NCBI GenBank assembly: GCA_002269645.1
Contig: NIVC01000337.1
Location: 1-64,000 of the forward strand
Direction: 5' to 3'
Length of the DNA: 64,000 nt
From: Macrostomum lignano
Lineage: Eukaryota
Position numbers and translations under genes: made by a program. Below the pieces are notes generated by a model. It was not told the DNA's origin. It was given only the letters and a program-made list of their open reading frames with translations, and made no database searches. Positions 1 through 14,029 of this stretch are shown here, piece after piece. Each line of letters begins with the position of its first letter. Within the stretch, counting starts at the first letter, position 1.

Positions 1-366
1 ATCTCTCGCCACGGCTCCTCTGTCTAGGCCAGCCTGTTACACACACTGTGTTCCACTATTGTACTTCTACTACGGCTAACGCCAGCTCACTACCGTTCTG
101 CCTACTCGCGACCGCTACTCGCTGCCATTGACTCATTGCCATCCTCCATCGTCTACTCATCTGATCATTAACTCGTTGTTGCAGCCGCCAGTGCCCGTAC
201 TGTTATCGCCTCTGTAACTCTATTATTAATTTGAGAAAATATAAGAGCCAGACTACAACGAATTTCTATTCTCTATTAATAAGTGCTACCGCTACACGAA
301 ACCGCTACACCGCCATTGTTCAATTACAATTAACCTTCCTTTTGGACTACAACGACAACTCTCATT

Positions 367-392
367 AAAACGGCCCTCTTGAGGGCCATAGC
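367..392 (+). other. Histone 3' stem-loop-like hairpin (orphan)
   Basis: AAAAC-GGCCCT-CTTG-AGGGCC-ATAGC: 6-bp stem (372-377/382-387), 4-nt loop, A-rich 5' flank, as in replication-dependent histone mRNA ends. No histone ORF in 1-370. Confidence 0.45.
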
Positions 393-997
393 CACTACGC
401 CAATAACGTGACAGCAATATTTTAGCATTAGTTTTTTACTACAATTACAAAGTACGAGTTTTGCAATATGGTATTTGAAATAACGTGTAAATTTTGTTGA
501 CGAAACTTTGGACGACTAATGAGGTGAAAGAAAAAGCAGAGAGTTAAAAAGTATTGCGTGAAATTTATGTATGTGATATTGCGCAAAACAGTTTAGCCCA
601 TAGGTTATAAAAATAAGTTATTTAGATATTAATCAGATGATAACAAAATTGTATAAAATATAATATTTGAAAGAGCGTATAAGATTTTTTTGTGGTTTTT
701 ACGAAAAAAATATTAAGTAAAAGGATTGCTCATAATTTGGCAATAATTGTATATGTGTAAATATACTGTTTGGAGGCCTAAAAAGGATAAAAAAATCAGC
801 AACTTTTGACATCTAACGACTTATGGTCTAATGCTCATTAAATAGAATTTTTTCTATAGAAATAGAGACTTTTCTGCAGAAATGCGCCAAGAACCCGTAC
901 CAAGGATGTGAATCATGATGGTAGGAATAAGAAGCGGACTCAGTACTTTACTGCTATATTTGTATATAAACATGTTATATATTTCAGGTAAATAAAT

Positions 998-1345
998 TTA
1001 ACTGTATATGACATTGTAAATTTTAGCTACTCCGGAGAGCTCTTTTCTGACTCTTTTTTCATTTGTGGCATACCCTATTTTATGCATGTGTGTGGCATCT
1101 AGAAGGTATTGTGAAAAGTATTTTTTCCTAATTTCTAGTGTTTGTGGGCACTCACTTAGGTAGTGAAGAATATCAGCTCCTTTTCTTGCTCCACAGAGTC
1201 CACAGGCTTCCTGAGAGAATGCCTTGGGCATGAGCTCACATTTCAGTTTTAGAAGGGTCGTTAGGTATTTTTTGTTTCTAAATAGACTTGGAAAGTAATT
1301 TGAGAGAACAGGTCTGCAGGTTTATTTCAAAGTAATAAAAGTAAC
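998..1345 (-). mobile_element. Degraded non-LTR retrotransposon 3' fragment (target of the Gypsy insertion)
   Basis: Minus frame reads LLKLKCELMPKAFSQEACGLCGARKGADILHYLSECP, a CxxC...HxxxxC motif like the C-terminal zinc-binding region of LINE ORF2. Confidence 0.4.
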
Positions 1346-1539
1346 TGTTGTACTCTGCCCCCCCCTTTCTCGGCACGTTGATTTTAACTCCTGTGTACAT
1401 TGCATCATAGATGTACACTTACTCTAGAGCAATCGATTACAGAGCTTTGAGCTCAAATATATAATAGCACCCCACGCCCAAGTCGGGGCTGTAAGCTTTT
1501 GGTTCATCTAAACTTCTGTCTCTCGCGTCAGTCACTACA
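1346..1539 (+). repeat. 5' LTR
   Basis: TG...CA termini; direct repeat of 5711-5904; contains TATATAA. Confidence 0.95.
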
Positions 1540-1559
1540 CTGGCGTCGCAAGCTAAGCT

Positions 1560-2330
1560 ATGTCTACTGAAAACAGTGGCCAGACACGCAACGTTGTTCA
1601 ACTGCAACTGCCTCCACCTGAGCCATTCAACGTCAACCAAGAAGCACACGCACTGTCATCACGGTGGGAAGATTGGTCGTCGCGCTTTCTGTGCTTCATC
1701 CACGCCTCCGGAGTCAAGGATCCGGCCCAGCAGAGACAAGTCCTGCTCTACACAGGCGGGAGGGAGCTGGCCGAGCTATACAAACAGCTGACCAACAGCG
1801 GAAACACCGTCGAAGAACTCATCAAGGCTTTCAAGGACCACTTCACAGGCCGCAGGTGCGTGGTGTTCTCAAGATACGAGTTCCGAAACTGCACGCAGCA
1901 ACCAGGCCAGAGCATCGACGCATGGGTCAGTCAGCTATACAAGGCCGCAGAAAGCTGCGACTTCGACAATTTGCGCGACTCCCTCATCCGCGACCAGATT
2001 GTCGCCGGATGCAACACCGAGCAACTCAGAAGACGGCTACTGCAGACCGCCAACATCAACTTGCAGGATGCACTGCAGCTGTGCCGAGCCTTCGAAGCCG
2101 CTAGCTACCAGTCAGCGGCCATTGAGTCACGCCGCGACGAGACAGTCAACTCAATGAGGCGCACCACAGGTGAGCAACAAGACGGACATCGTACAAGCCT
2201 GGCAGCAAGTCCAAGTGCTACCGATGCGGAGAAACCGGGCACCGTAGCTGCGACGCGGCCAAAGGCAAAACATGCAACATCTGTAAAAAGGTGGGCCACC
2301 TGGCGAAGGCCTGTATGTCTAAGGGCAATT
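1560..2330 (+). CDS. gag: Gag (capsid-like domain; zinc knuckles in the -1 frame)
   Basis: ORF from ATG 1560 (PPPEPF...RWEDW...LIRDQIVAG). The knuckles CYRCGETGHRSC and CNICKKVGHLAKAC lie in the pol frame, which opens after TGA 2171-2173, so there is a frameshift near 2174-2210. Confidence 0.8.
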
Positions 2331-5300
2331 CCAGAGACCGCGTGCACACCATTGGCGGTCAGCATCAACACCCGGAAGAATCCAGCAAGTCACCAAGCGA
2401 CGAAGGGGAGGTCTTCTGCCTGACTGCGAACAAGCTGCCGCTGATGAGCATCTCTATCAACGGTAAGCGGGTCGAGGCGCTCATCGATAGTGGCGCCAGC
2501 TGCAATGTCATCGACCAGGCGACTTTTCAAGATCTCAAAACAGCCAAAACGCCACTGCTTCGATCAGCACGGCAGCTGTACCCGTTCGACTCGAAGACAC
2601 CACTGGCGACCGCCGGCAGAGCTGAGCTCCTTGTCAAAATCAGCGGCCTCGAGGAAGTAGTGGACTTCACAGTAGTGCAAGACCCGGGCGTCACCATTCT
2701 CGGAAGGGCAACGAGCGAGAAGTTCGGAGTACTACGAGTGGGTCCGGCGCCGAAAACTCGCATCAACAGCATCGGGAGTGCCGACAAGGCAAAGGCAATG
2801 GAGTCCTCGAGTCCGGAGGCCAACTCAGCTAACCTTCCAGCAAACCTCCAGCTTGATAACATCCTCAAAAAGCACCGGGCGCTCTTCCAAGGAGTTGGCT
2901 GCGTCAAGGACGTCGAAGTGAGCATCCGACTCAAGGACAACGCTATCCCAGTGTGCCACCCGCCTAGCCGAGTGCCAATCCACCTACGAGACGCAGCCAT
3001 CAAAGAGCTCGACGCCCAGCTCAGCGAAGGCATCATCGAGCGAGTATCTGAGCCTTCCGAATGGGTCGCTAGAATGGTAGTGGTACCAAAAAGCACTCCG
3101 AACCAGGTGCGAATCACCCAAACCTTCGAGACCTCAATCAATACGTGGTGCCGGAGAAGCAGCCGATTCCGACCTTTGAAGAGGTCACAGACGAAATGGC
3201 CGGTTCACACTTCTTCTCGGAGCTAGACATCAATAAAGCCTTTCACCAAATCAAGGTCGATCAGGAGTCACGCAAGTTTCTGACCTTCTCGACACCACTG
3301 GGCTTAATGAGGCTCACGCGCCTCTGTATGGGTTTCACGTCGGCTTCAGAAATTCTACAGCGTGTGATGTCTACAGTCAGCGGCCTGTCAGGAGTGAGAT
3401 GGGTGCACGACGACATCATTGTGTATGCCCGGGACATCCAGGAGCACAACAGTCTCCTAGTCAGCTGCCTTCAGCGTCTTCAGGGACACGGCCTGACTCT
3501 CAACCCGTCCAAGTGCAAATTTGCGGTGCCGGAGGTCAACTTCCTGGCCATGCGACTGTCGGCAAAAGGGATCCAGCCAGCTGAAGCCAAGGTGTCGGCG
3601 ATCAAAAGCTTCAAAGAGCCAACGAACGCCTCGGAAGTCCGCTCCTTCCTCGGTCTGGTTACGTTTGTCAGTCGCTTCATGCCAGGCCTGGCGGACATGA
3701 CGAAGCCGTTGCGGGACCTGACCAAGAAGAGTGCAAGCTGGCAGTGGGGCGAGCAGCAGGCCAAGGCTTTTCAAGAAGTCCGAGATCGCATCGCAGTCGA
3801 CAGCACACTGGTCTTCTTCGACAAGCACCGGCATACCGAACTCGTTGTCGACGCCAGCCCCATCGGACTCGGCGCCATTCTTTGCCAGATTCAGTCCGAC
3901 GGCTCATCCAAGCCGGTTGCATTCGCAAGCAGAGCCCTATCGGCAGTCGAGTCGAGGTACTCACAGACGGAACGGGAGGCTCTCGCAATCAAGTTCGGCT
4001 GCCTGAAATTTCGACACTATCTCAGCGGCGCCGCCAACTTTACTGTCGTCACCGACCACAAGCCGCTGACCTTCATGCTCAAGCCCGGCTCGCGCCCACC
4101 TCCACGCATCGAGCGCATGGCGCTCAGCATCCAGGACATGCAGTTCAGCGTCATCTATCGGCTAGGCCCGTTCAACCCGAGCGACATCCTCAGCCGGCAG
4201 CCAGAGCCCGCTCCGACATCGATCAACATCGGCGAGATCCTGGACACAAACTTCATCGGCAGCATCGCGCAAGCGGCGACGCCGAGAGGCCTGTCCCTGC
4301 AGCAAGTCTGGGAAGCCACGGCCCGTGATCCCATTCTACCGACTGTGCTGTCATCGTTGAGAACAGGCAATTGGGATCTGCGGGACGACAGCATCCGACG
4401 ACTGCACGCCGCCAGGCACGAGTTGACCGAGGCTTCTGGCGTTCTGCTGCGAGACCAAAGATTGGTAATCCCAAAAGCCCAGCGGCCCGTTGTCCTGCAG
4501 CTGGCTCATCAAGGACATCAAGGCGAGACCAAAACACTGCGCCGACTCAACTCCAAGGTCTGGTGGCCCGGAATGTCAGCTGAGGCCAAGCAACTGGTGG
4601 CACAGTGCCTGGAATGTGCGGCCACCAACCATCAAGCGGAAGTTTCGGCAGCCCCACTGCAACCGACTGAGCTGCCAGAGTCTGCCTGGTCCACTATCGG
4701 CATCGACTTTCTTGGACCTGCCAACGGTCGACATTTCCTGGTGATCATAGACCACTACTCGCGCTACCCCATCGTCGTGGCGATGAAATCGATCACAGCT
4801 GACCGCATCACCAGACAGTTACAGCAGGTATTCGCGACCTTCGGGATTCCCCAGCAAATCGTGACGGACAACGGTCCGACATTCACATCAGAAGCCTTCA
4901 GGAGTTTCGTCACAAGCCACGGAATCAGCCACCGGCGCATCACACCGTACCATCCCGAGGCCAATGGCATTACCGAGCGAATCAACAGGTCCCTGAACAA
5001 GCTGCTCCGCATCTCCAACGCCCAAGGAACCGACTGGAGGACGGCATTGCAGGAGTGGCTCGCCGCGTACCGCAGCACTCCGCACACGGCCACAGGAGTC
5101 GCCCCAGCCGACCTGATGTTCGGGAGACCAGTCCAAGACGGCATTCCAGGAGTCAAGCCGCAGGCTGCAGCAAAGACGGTCAGGAACAGAGACCGTCAGT
5201 ACAAAGCCGCCATGAAGCACTACGCCGACGCGACAAGATCAGCCGCATCGCATCGCATCCAAGCTGGCGATAAAGTCCTCCGCAGAAAAATCCAACCATC

Positions 5301-5628
5301 GAAAACGGACACGCCATTTGAAATTCAGCCTTGGACAGTCACGGAGGTCAAAGGCGATTCTGTCATCCTGGAGAGCACGGGCGGCAGCAACTGCATGCGC
5401 CACGCCAGCGACGTTAAGCGACTGCCAGAGCGGCCAACAGGAGACGGGCCAGACGAGACCGGCAGTCCAGAAGGCGACCCGACGGCCGCTTCGGCCCCGC
5501 GGAGCCGCCGGCCGCCGCCGGTGCGGGGGAGCTGCCAATCGCGAACCGTCCGCATCCAAGAAGCTGCAAACTACCGCATCCCAATTATAGGACCTGATTT
5601 TTTTCGTGCAAAACTGACGAACCTATAA
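2174..5628 (+). pseudogene. pol: Pol polyprotein (protease, RT, RNase H, integrase) with a 1-nt frameshift at about 3122
   Basis: Protease ALIDSGAS; RT ELDINKAFHQ and WVHDDII; RNase H VVDASPIGLGA, YSQTERE, TDHKPL; integrase HQGHQG...CLEC, GIDF, TDNGPTF, NGITER. CAAACCTTCGAGAC lacks one G relative to the expected Q-D-L-R-D-L-N. Confidence 0.88.
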
Positions 5629-5710
5629 ACCTCTTTTTGCTTTTTTTGCGCATGACATTCATTTTTTTTAAATCCGATTTTAATCCGTTAATCTCCGCGA
5701 AGGGGAAAGA

Positions 5711-5904
5711 TGTTGTACTCTGCCCCCCCCTTTCTCGGCACGTTGATTTTAACTCCTGTGTACATTGCATCATAGATGTACACTTACTCTAGAGCAATCG
5801 ATTACAGAGCTTTGAGCTCAAATATATAATAGCACCCCACGTCCAAGTCGGGGCTGTAAGCTTTTGGTTCATCTAAACTTCTGTCTCTCGCGTCAGTCAC
5901 TACA
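5711..5904 (+). repeat. 3' LTR
   Basis: Identical to the 5' LTR except GTCCAAG vs GCCCAAG. Confidence 0.95.
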
Positions 5905-8488
5905 GTAACCAAATTAACGCATGATATAATGTATCATATATATTTTAATATATCGCTATCTAGCTATAATTAACAATCTAGATATAAGTAATATAAAGCT
6001 AAGTAATCCATAAAACAAGTGTTGCATGCTCCAGATTACATGCAGGATGAAGTTGACTTAAGTCCAACTAATGTTGACACGAAACACATACTGAGTATGC
6101 TATAACTATTGAAAAGAATGGTTCTACTGTAACGATAGGAAACAGAGATTAAATAAAAATACTAACATATTAAACAATAGCATGCGAACGCGTTACACAT
6201 GCGTTGTGCACACGCATGGTGCACGCTGTTAGCTTTACTGGAGATTTAAATAATTAACGAGTTTTTTAATTTGCTTTGAGCAAAGTATCGCGTCTAAAAC
6301 GCACTAACTACACTAGCGTATAATAACGCGCGTAATACGCGTGTTTTACGCGCTGTGTATGACAATACGCTTTAAATATGCGCGTAATACGCGCGTACCT
6401 GTTGCTTGGGCCGTGACTTGATCACATTGGCCATGCAGGTACAGAGGGGACTTGTACAGGAAATTCTTGCAGTGGCGAGACTATGGGGTAGCTACATGTA
6501 CTACTACGTTGCTAAATACGAGGAATTGTACTTTTGGCCTTCAACGCGCCAACCAGCCTCTCGTAGCGCTGATGATGGACTAACTCGAACCTCAGAGACC
6601 GCATGGATTCATTACCCGAGCCGCTTGGCGAATCTAGAGTGCACAGAGTACATCGCTAGCACCGATTTTGCACTATTAGCAACTTTGCTAACTGATTTGA
6701 TAGATGGATCGACTGAGAACTGCCTTGCGATTGGTCCACTGTGACCGGCGCCTACTAGCTTAGCTACTCATCTGAGCCATGAGTCAGATTTAACCTTCTC
6801 ACTGATTCACTTCACACACCTCAGATTAAATTGGAGTTTCAGGCTACTAACAGTATTATTGAATGACTTCTGCCTCAATAACAGCACTACTGAACAAAAT
6901 GAGCAAAAGTGTGCGCCTAATCCAGCTACTGAAACAGGGGACAGATAAGGAATCACCCATTAATCTCACCCAACCAATCAGAAACTCAACAGCCGGAGAC
7001 CAGGTAATCCACAGTGACCGATTCGGCTAAGTGCTTCGCAGCTGTAGGCCCGGAGTGATGCTGTCACAGTCTTCGCAAATAGCTAGCAGGTGTTGATCTT
7101 AACCTTGCTGATCGCTGCTGTCGACCGGGGGGATTCGTCCTTGATGATGACGGGGGTAGTCGCGATCCGGGGATCAAGAGACGACGGTCGAGCTCCGGGA
7201 ACCAGAAGTTGCGTGCTGGGTCTGAGCAGGTTGAGGTCCGATCGAGCGGGCCAAAAACACCGGTTTAAATAGCCGCCAACTAGACCGCAATTTGTTAGAA
7301 TGGAGCACCTCGACGCTGATTGGCTGAGCCGATTTATTATAACTGACGTCGAATTTTCTCATTTTTCTGATTGGTTGAGCCTGTTACCACCCAAACTCAC
7401 GTGACCAGAAGATCCCATCAGTTCCCTCGGGGGCATAAAAATACGCCAGGTGTTGTCATAAATCACTCAAAATCGCTACATAATGTTTTATGAATTTTGC
7501 GTAGGAATTACGAAAGTTAATGAAAAAATAAGCATTAGAAAGAGCTCATTAAAAAGAAAGTGAAGATGGTGAAGAGAAATCGATAATCGCTAATCCCAAA
7601 GTACTTTTAGGGGTAAAACGCATTGTTGTCAAACTGTCAAACGCTTGAGTGAACACGAACAATAGGCCCTGACCTCATAAATCTGATGACCTGTCAAAAA
7701 TGATGAGATAAAAGCTACCGCCTGCATCCTCTCAGACCATCTGGCGCCAGCCTCAACACTGAGTGAGGCGCAGGTGGCTGTCAGACCAGCTCAAAAGGAA
7801 TGATTTATGACCCCAAAAGCAGCAAAAACCGCGCCTATGTTATTATAACTACAAGTATGGCAAAATCATATAGCTACAAAAATCCTACTAATATGAATTC
7901 AAGGAAAATTACATAAAAAGAAGAAAAATGCCCATAGCCTGCTGTTAGTAGGCTAGCAAGTTTGAAGCCCATGTGCGAGCGTGAAATTTGGAAAAAAGTG
8001 CGTCCTTATCATATAAAATAACTTAGTGTGTACGTCAAAATTTCATGCTAATAAGTTTCAATTACTTAGTGTGTGTGTGTGTAAATTAAAATAGTAAAAA
8101 TTTTCATCTTAATAACATAATTCAATGAAGCAAGCTATTGAAAATCCAAAAGTAGTCACAGGAGCGCCATCCTCTAGCAAACAACTAGTCGAAAGCTTAT
8201 TGGTTGCAGTAATTGTCTCGGCATCCGAACGGTTACAATTTTACAATGCAGGGCGCGAAAAAATTGTCGAAATAGCTCCACTACGTCCATTCTACATTCG
8301 ATTCTATATTTCCCCAGACATTCATGTCAGAGTGGATTCGAGGTGATTCAGAACAGGTCTTACAGTGCTTTGAAACATGGACGATCGCGGACTTGACCTG
8401 CACTGCCGAGCTGGACTGCTGAGAACTACACTGCTGAGGGCCCGCCTGCCGTGGACTGAAACTGCCATTCTCGGTGAGATTTGGAACG

Positions 8489-10039
<1,551 letters not shown>

Positions 10040-10134
10040 CAGATAGGTAGGGCCAGCATGAACGAGTATTTCATTCTATTGAGTTTTCTAGATCTAACGG
10101 ATAACTCAGTTCATTAGAATGAAGTGGAGCATGT

Positions 10135-10394
10135 CAACAACAACAATAACAACAAAATACGCGGCCCCGCATGCACAGTCACAGTTAGAGCAGGGCGCGT
10201 CAGATGGCGCGCCGCAGAGCCTGGGAGCGAACAAAGTCCGTTCCGTGGGCAGTGTCGGGCGCTCCAGCGTCGCACAGCAGGCAGTCCACGCAGCCTGACC
10301 CCGCCTGAATGGACCCTGCAAAGTGAGCAGCAGGACGTCCTGAACAGGTTGGGGGCAGCAGCCCTCGGCCCGGATCACGTGGCCCGCCAGTTGA
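10135..10394 (-). mobile_element. 5'-truncated RTE-like LINE fragment
   Basis: Minus frame LQLAGHVIRAEG...VLLLTLQGPFRRGQ resembles the C-terminus of the RT ORF at 25562-27649 (LLGHCLRS...VLLHQPTERLCRGQ). It has a (TTG/TTA)n tail and a 7-bp TSD AGCATGT at 10128-10134 and 10395-10401. Confidence 0.65.
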
Positions 10395-11334
10395 AGCATG
10401 TAGAGTTAATTAAAGTGCTGTTAATAAGCTGAAAATTAGACCAGCCTGTGTCTGGCGCAGGCAATCTGCGTGCAGGGCTCTGAAAACCGATTCCTGATAG
10501 AGCGATCATCGCTGCATCGCCCCCCCCCCCGTTACGCGGCGGTGCCAGTTGTTGCCGCTCGGAATTCGGTGGTTGCGCCCTGTTGTTTGAAAACAACCGA
10601 ATGGGAGAAAAATCGAAGCGCGAATCGCAGCTGATGATGAGGATTCAAAGAATTCCCACCGAGGAGGACAGATGCGAGAGCCGCTTCAGTTGGAGCTGGG
10701 CCAGGATTCGGGAATTCCAGCGGCGATCGCCGAGATCTGATGATGAGGCAGCTGCGGCTTTGATGGCGGAGCCCACGGTAGAGATACGGTAGCTGTGGGG
10801 GGGGGGAGAGCCAGTGGGCAGCTCGGGACGCGGCAAGCAGCGGCACAGTTGGCCTTTCAGTCAGGAGGCGGTGGGGGCGTGGGTGCCTCAGGCGACAGGC
10901 GGCAGTGAGCGATGCAAGCAGCGAAGTGGAAGGTAGCCGCATGTAGCCGCATGTAGCCGACGGCCGCCCCCCACCACACAGCACAAATTTCTCCCCAAAT
11001 TCGCCGAAAAAATGGGGATCATTGACCGGGAGATTGACGGCGCTAAGAGTTGCGTGGGAATTACAGAATTTAGGGGAAGCGCTATCGGTGGCCGCTAAGA
11101 TGCCTGCAATCCCGTGCCGATCTTGTCACCGGAGTGTCGGGCCTGCGACACATGCTGCTGGGACTCTATTAGCCAGAAATTTTCACCAAAGTGACAGCTT
11201 TAGTTTAGCAGGGTTCAGTTAATTGAAGGGGACAAATTCTAACGGGGATAAACCATTCAAGTACGAGATGTTCCTCCTTGCTTTTTGTTTAATCCCGCAA
11301 CTATTAAGATTTTAAATTTTCATTGCTTACGCAG

Positions 11335-12879
11335 CGGATGGCCCGAAACTGCAGCTGACCAACCAGCTGCACAACCTGCCGCTCCTGCGACCGCCGCTGC
11401 CGCTCTACAGTCTGTCTCAGCTGCCGCCGCTGACCAACCAGGCTGCGGCTGCCAGGGCAGCGGTGGCCGCCTCCGCAGCGGCAGCGGCAGCGGCGGCAGC
11501 GACAGCCTTGGCCAGACTGGCCAGTTGGCCGCAGCTCCCGCCGCTGCCACCGCCGCCTCCACCGACGCTTCAGCGAGTTTGCGCACCCTCCGCGGCGCCG
11601 AGATCCAGCGTTGTCAAAGCGCGGCTGAGCAGCGGCAGGAGCCACCAGCAGCCGCAGCAGCAGGCCGGCTGCGTGTGCAACTACTGCGGCAAGCGGTTCA
11701 GCCGGCCCTGGCTGCTACAAGGTGACAAAAACGCTCGGAGGGGGGGGTTAATGGATTTGCATCTATATGGCATCTTCTCACGCCCCATTTTGGCTGCAGT
11801 TGGTCTCCTGTTCTGTCATTGCATCATCTGGCTTTCAACGCAACTGTCCCATTATTTGATCCGCTGCTTGTTTAACTTTGGTTGGCACTTCAACACAGGG
11901 TGGCACATCAGAGCATCACATCAAATGGTAGGCCCTGGTGACTCTTTGTTGGGAGTCCCTCGGCCTGCAGCAGCTAGTCAATGCTCGCTCAGCACAAACA
12001 TTTGGCCAGCCGAATATTGAATTAAAAAACTCAGCCTCAGTTCTAGCTTGAATGTCCTGTTGAGGTGGCTGAAATATTGCAAAATTGGTCAATTTGCAGC
12101 ATACCGAAAGGATCAACTTGCAGCCACTTTAAGGACCCGGTTGGCAGTGCTGTGATGCAGTCGATTCCAGTGAATAGATAGCGGAATAGGCGACACTGGC
12201 CTCCCCGCTGTGTCTACGGACCACCCTGCAGCTAAGTTAAGCAAGAATGGAGGAAATCATAGTCGTCATAGGATCTAGGAGGGAGATCGATAACCAGCAG
12301 AGGTCGCAAAGCCACGGAGATCGGTGGCCCTGACAACCGGCCTCCAGCATCTTTCTCAGAAAGTCGAGTTTAGCGTCTTTCTACTTACCTTTGTGCATGC
12401 GCATACCCATGAAGGCTGACCTCCAAGGCACGGAGAGTGTACATGCCTGACGATTATAAGTTCAGGGCCGCTGTACACCCTGTGTGAGTGCGTGTCTGCT
12501 TACAGTACTCGTATTGATGCGCTTGTACCCATGGTTTAGCGGAATGGTCGGACTGAAATGGTAATTTTTATGAAGAGACAAACTGTCCCGTTAACTCCTC
12601 GGTGCACCCAAATCCGCAGGTCACCTGCGCACGCACACGGGAGAGCGGCCCTTCCCCTGCCAGCTGTGCGGCAAGTCCTTCGCTGACAAGTCCAACCTGC
12701 GGGCTCATGTGCAGACGCACTCCAAGGAGAAGCCGCACCAGTGCGGCCGCTGCGGCAAGCGGTTCGCCCTCAAGAGCTACCTCAGCAAGCACGCCGACAG
12801 CTCCTGCATGCGGCGGGAGAGATTCACGGCCGCTGCCGCCGCTGCTGCCGCTGCTGCCACAGGCGAAAGAATTCAGTAG
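11335..12879 (+). CDS. scrt: Scratch-type (Snail superfamily) C2H2 zinc-finger transcription factor; 5' exon not located
   Basis: Exons 11335-11721 and 12620-12879 (GT 11722, AG 12619) join as [16 protein letters not shown]|[69 protein letters not shown] in the last finger is diagnostic of Scratch. Stop TAG at 12877-12879. Confidence 0.88.
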
Positions 12880-12889
12880 AACCAAGGAC

Positions 12890-13575
12890 CACTGTTGATG
12901 AGGAGTGTTCACCTCATGTCCAAGGACCACGCACTGCTTAGTGAGAGGAGTGTACACCTTATCCAAGGACCACTGTTAGTGAGGGAAGTGTACACCCAAT
13001 TCAAGGACCACTATTAGTGAGGAGTGTAACACCCAATCCAAGGACCACTGTTAGTGAGGAGTGTAACACCCAATCCAAGGACCACTGTTAGTGAGGAGTG
13101 TAACACCCAATCCAAGGACCACTGTTAGTGAGGAGTGTAACACCCAATCCAAGGACCACTGTTAGTGAGGAGTGTAACACCCAATCCAAGGACCACTGTT
13201 AGTGAGGAGTGTAACACCCAATCCAAGGACCACTGTTAGTGAGGAGTGTAACACCCAATCCAAGGACCGCTGTTAGTGAGGAGTGTAACACCCAATCCAA
13301 GGACCGCTGTTAGTGAGGAGTGTAACACCCAATCCAAGGACCACTGTTAGTGAGGAGTGTAACACTCAATCCAAGGACCACTGTTAGTGAGGAGTGTAAC
13401 ACCCAATCCAAGGACCGCTGTTAGTGAGGAGTGTAACACCCAATCCAAGGACCGCTGTTAGTGAGGAGTGTAACACCCAATCCAAGGACCGCTGTTAGTG
13501 AGGAGTGTAACACCCAATCCAAGGACCGCTGTTAGTGAGGAGTGTAACACCCAATCCAGGACCACTGCTAGTGAG
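12890..13575. repeat. 37-bp minisatellite in the scratch 3' region
   Basis: Unit AAGGACCACTGTTAGTGAGGAGTGTAACACCCAATCC, roughly 17 copies, starting just after the stop codon and upstream of AATAAA near 13703. Confidence 0.95.
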
Positions 13576-14029
13576 AGGAGTGTACAGCGGCCCTAGTGGG
13601 GGAGGCAACAAAGAAACAACAAAACCCAACTGATCATAACCTAGCTTAGTAATATCATTTCTCTCGTGGACTTTCATGCCTGTCATTGTTTTTACTTAAT
13701 TCAATAAATAAATAAATTGAAGATGCAAACCGTTATTGTTGACAATGGAACAATTTTTTTTTTTTGTTTGCAATTTCCTTTTCAAAGCGAGTTTTGCAGC
13801 CGCAAGCTTTTAAACGGTCGGGGAGTTTACAGTATATATTTATATTCATAACATATCATAGCTTATGCATGAATTTGTATATATAATATTATTAATTCAG
13901 ATAAAACTGCGACAGAAAATGAGTGAGGCACAGAACTGTACACAACAAAGAGACAAAGTTGACAGGGTAATAAATAGTTAATGTATTGCTTCTTTACTGA
14001 ACCACAGGGCTCCCTGTTCTAGAGGGCTA

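Larger units (their letters stand above)
1346..5904 (+). mobile_element. Full-length Ty3/Gypsy LTR retrotransposon (Mag-like)
   Basis: 194-bp LTRs TGTTGTAC...CACTACA at 1346-1539 and 5711-5904 with one mismatch; 5-bp TSD GTAAC (1341-1345, 5905-5909); PBS-like TGGCGTCGC at 1541; PPT AAGGGGAAAGA before 5711; domain order gag-PR-RT-RH-IN. Confidence 0.97.

Noticed and set aside
2174-2210. Programmed -1 ribosomal frameshift
   Set aside because: No XXXYYYZ slippery site seen, and the shift falls before the gag zinc knuckles; a 1-nt deletion is simpler.
10583-10792. ORF as first exon of scratch
   Set aside because: No SNAG similarity, and the donor I checked is not in the phase required by the acceptor at 11334.
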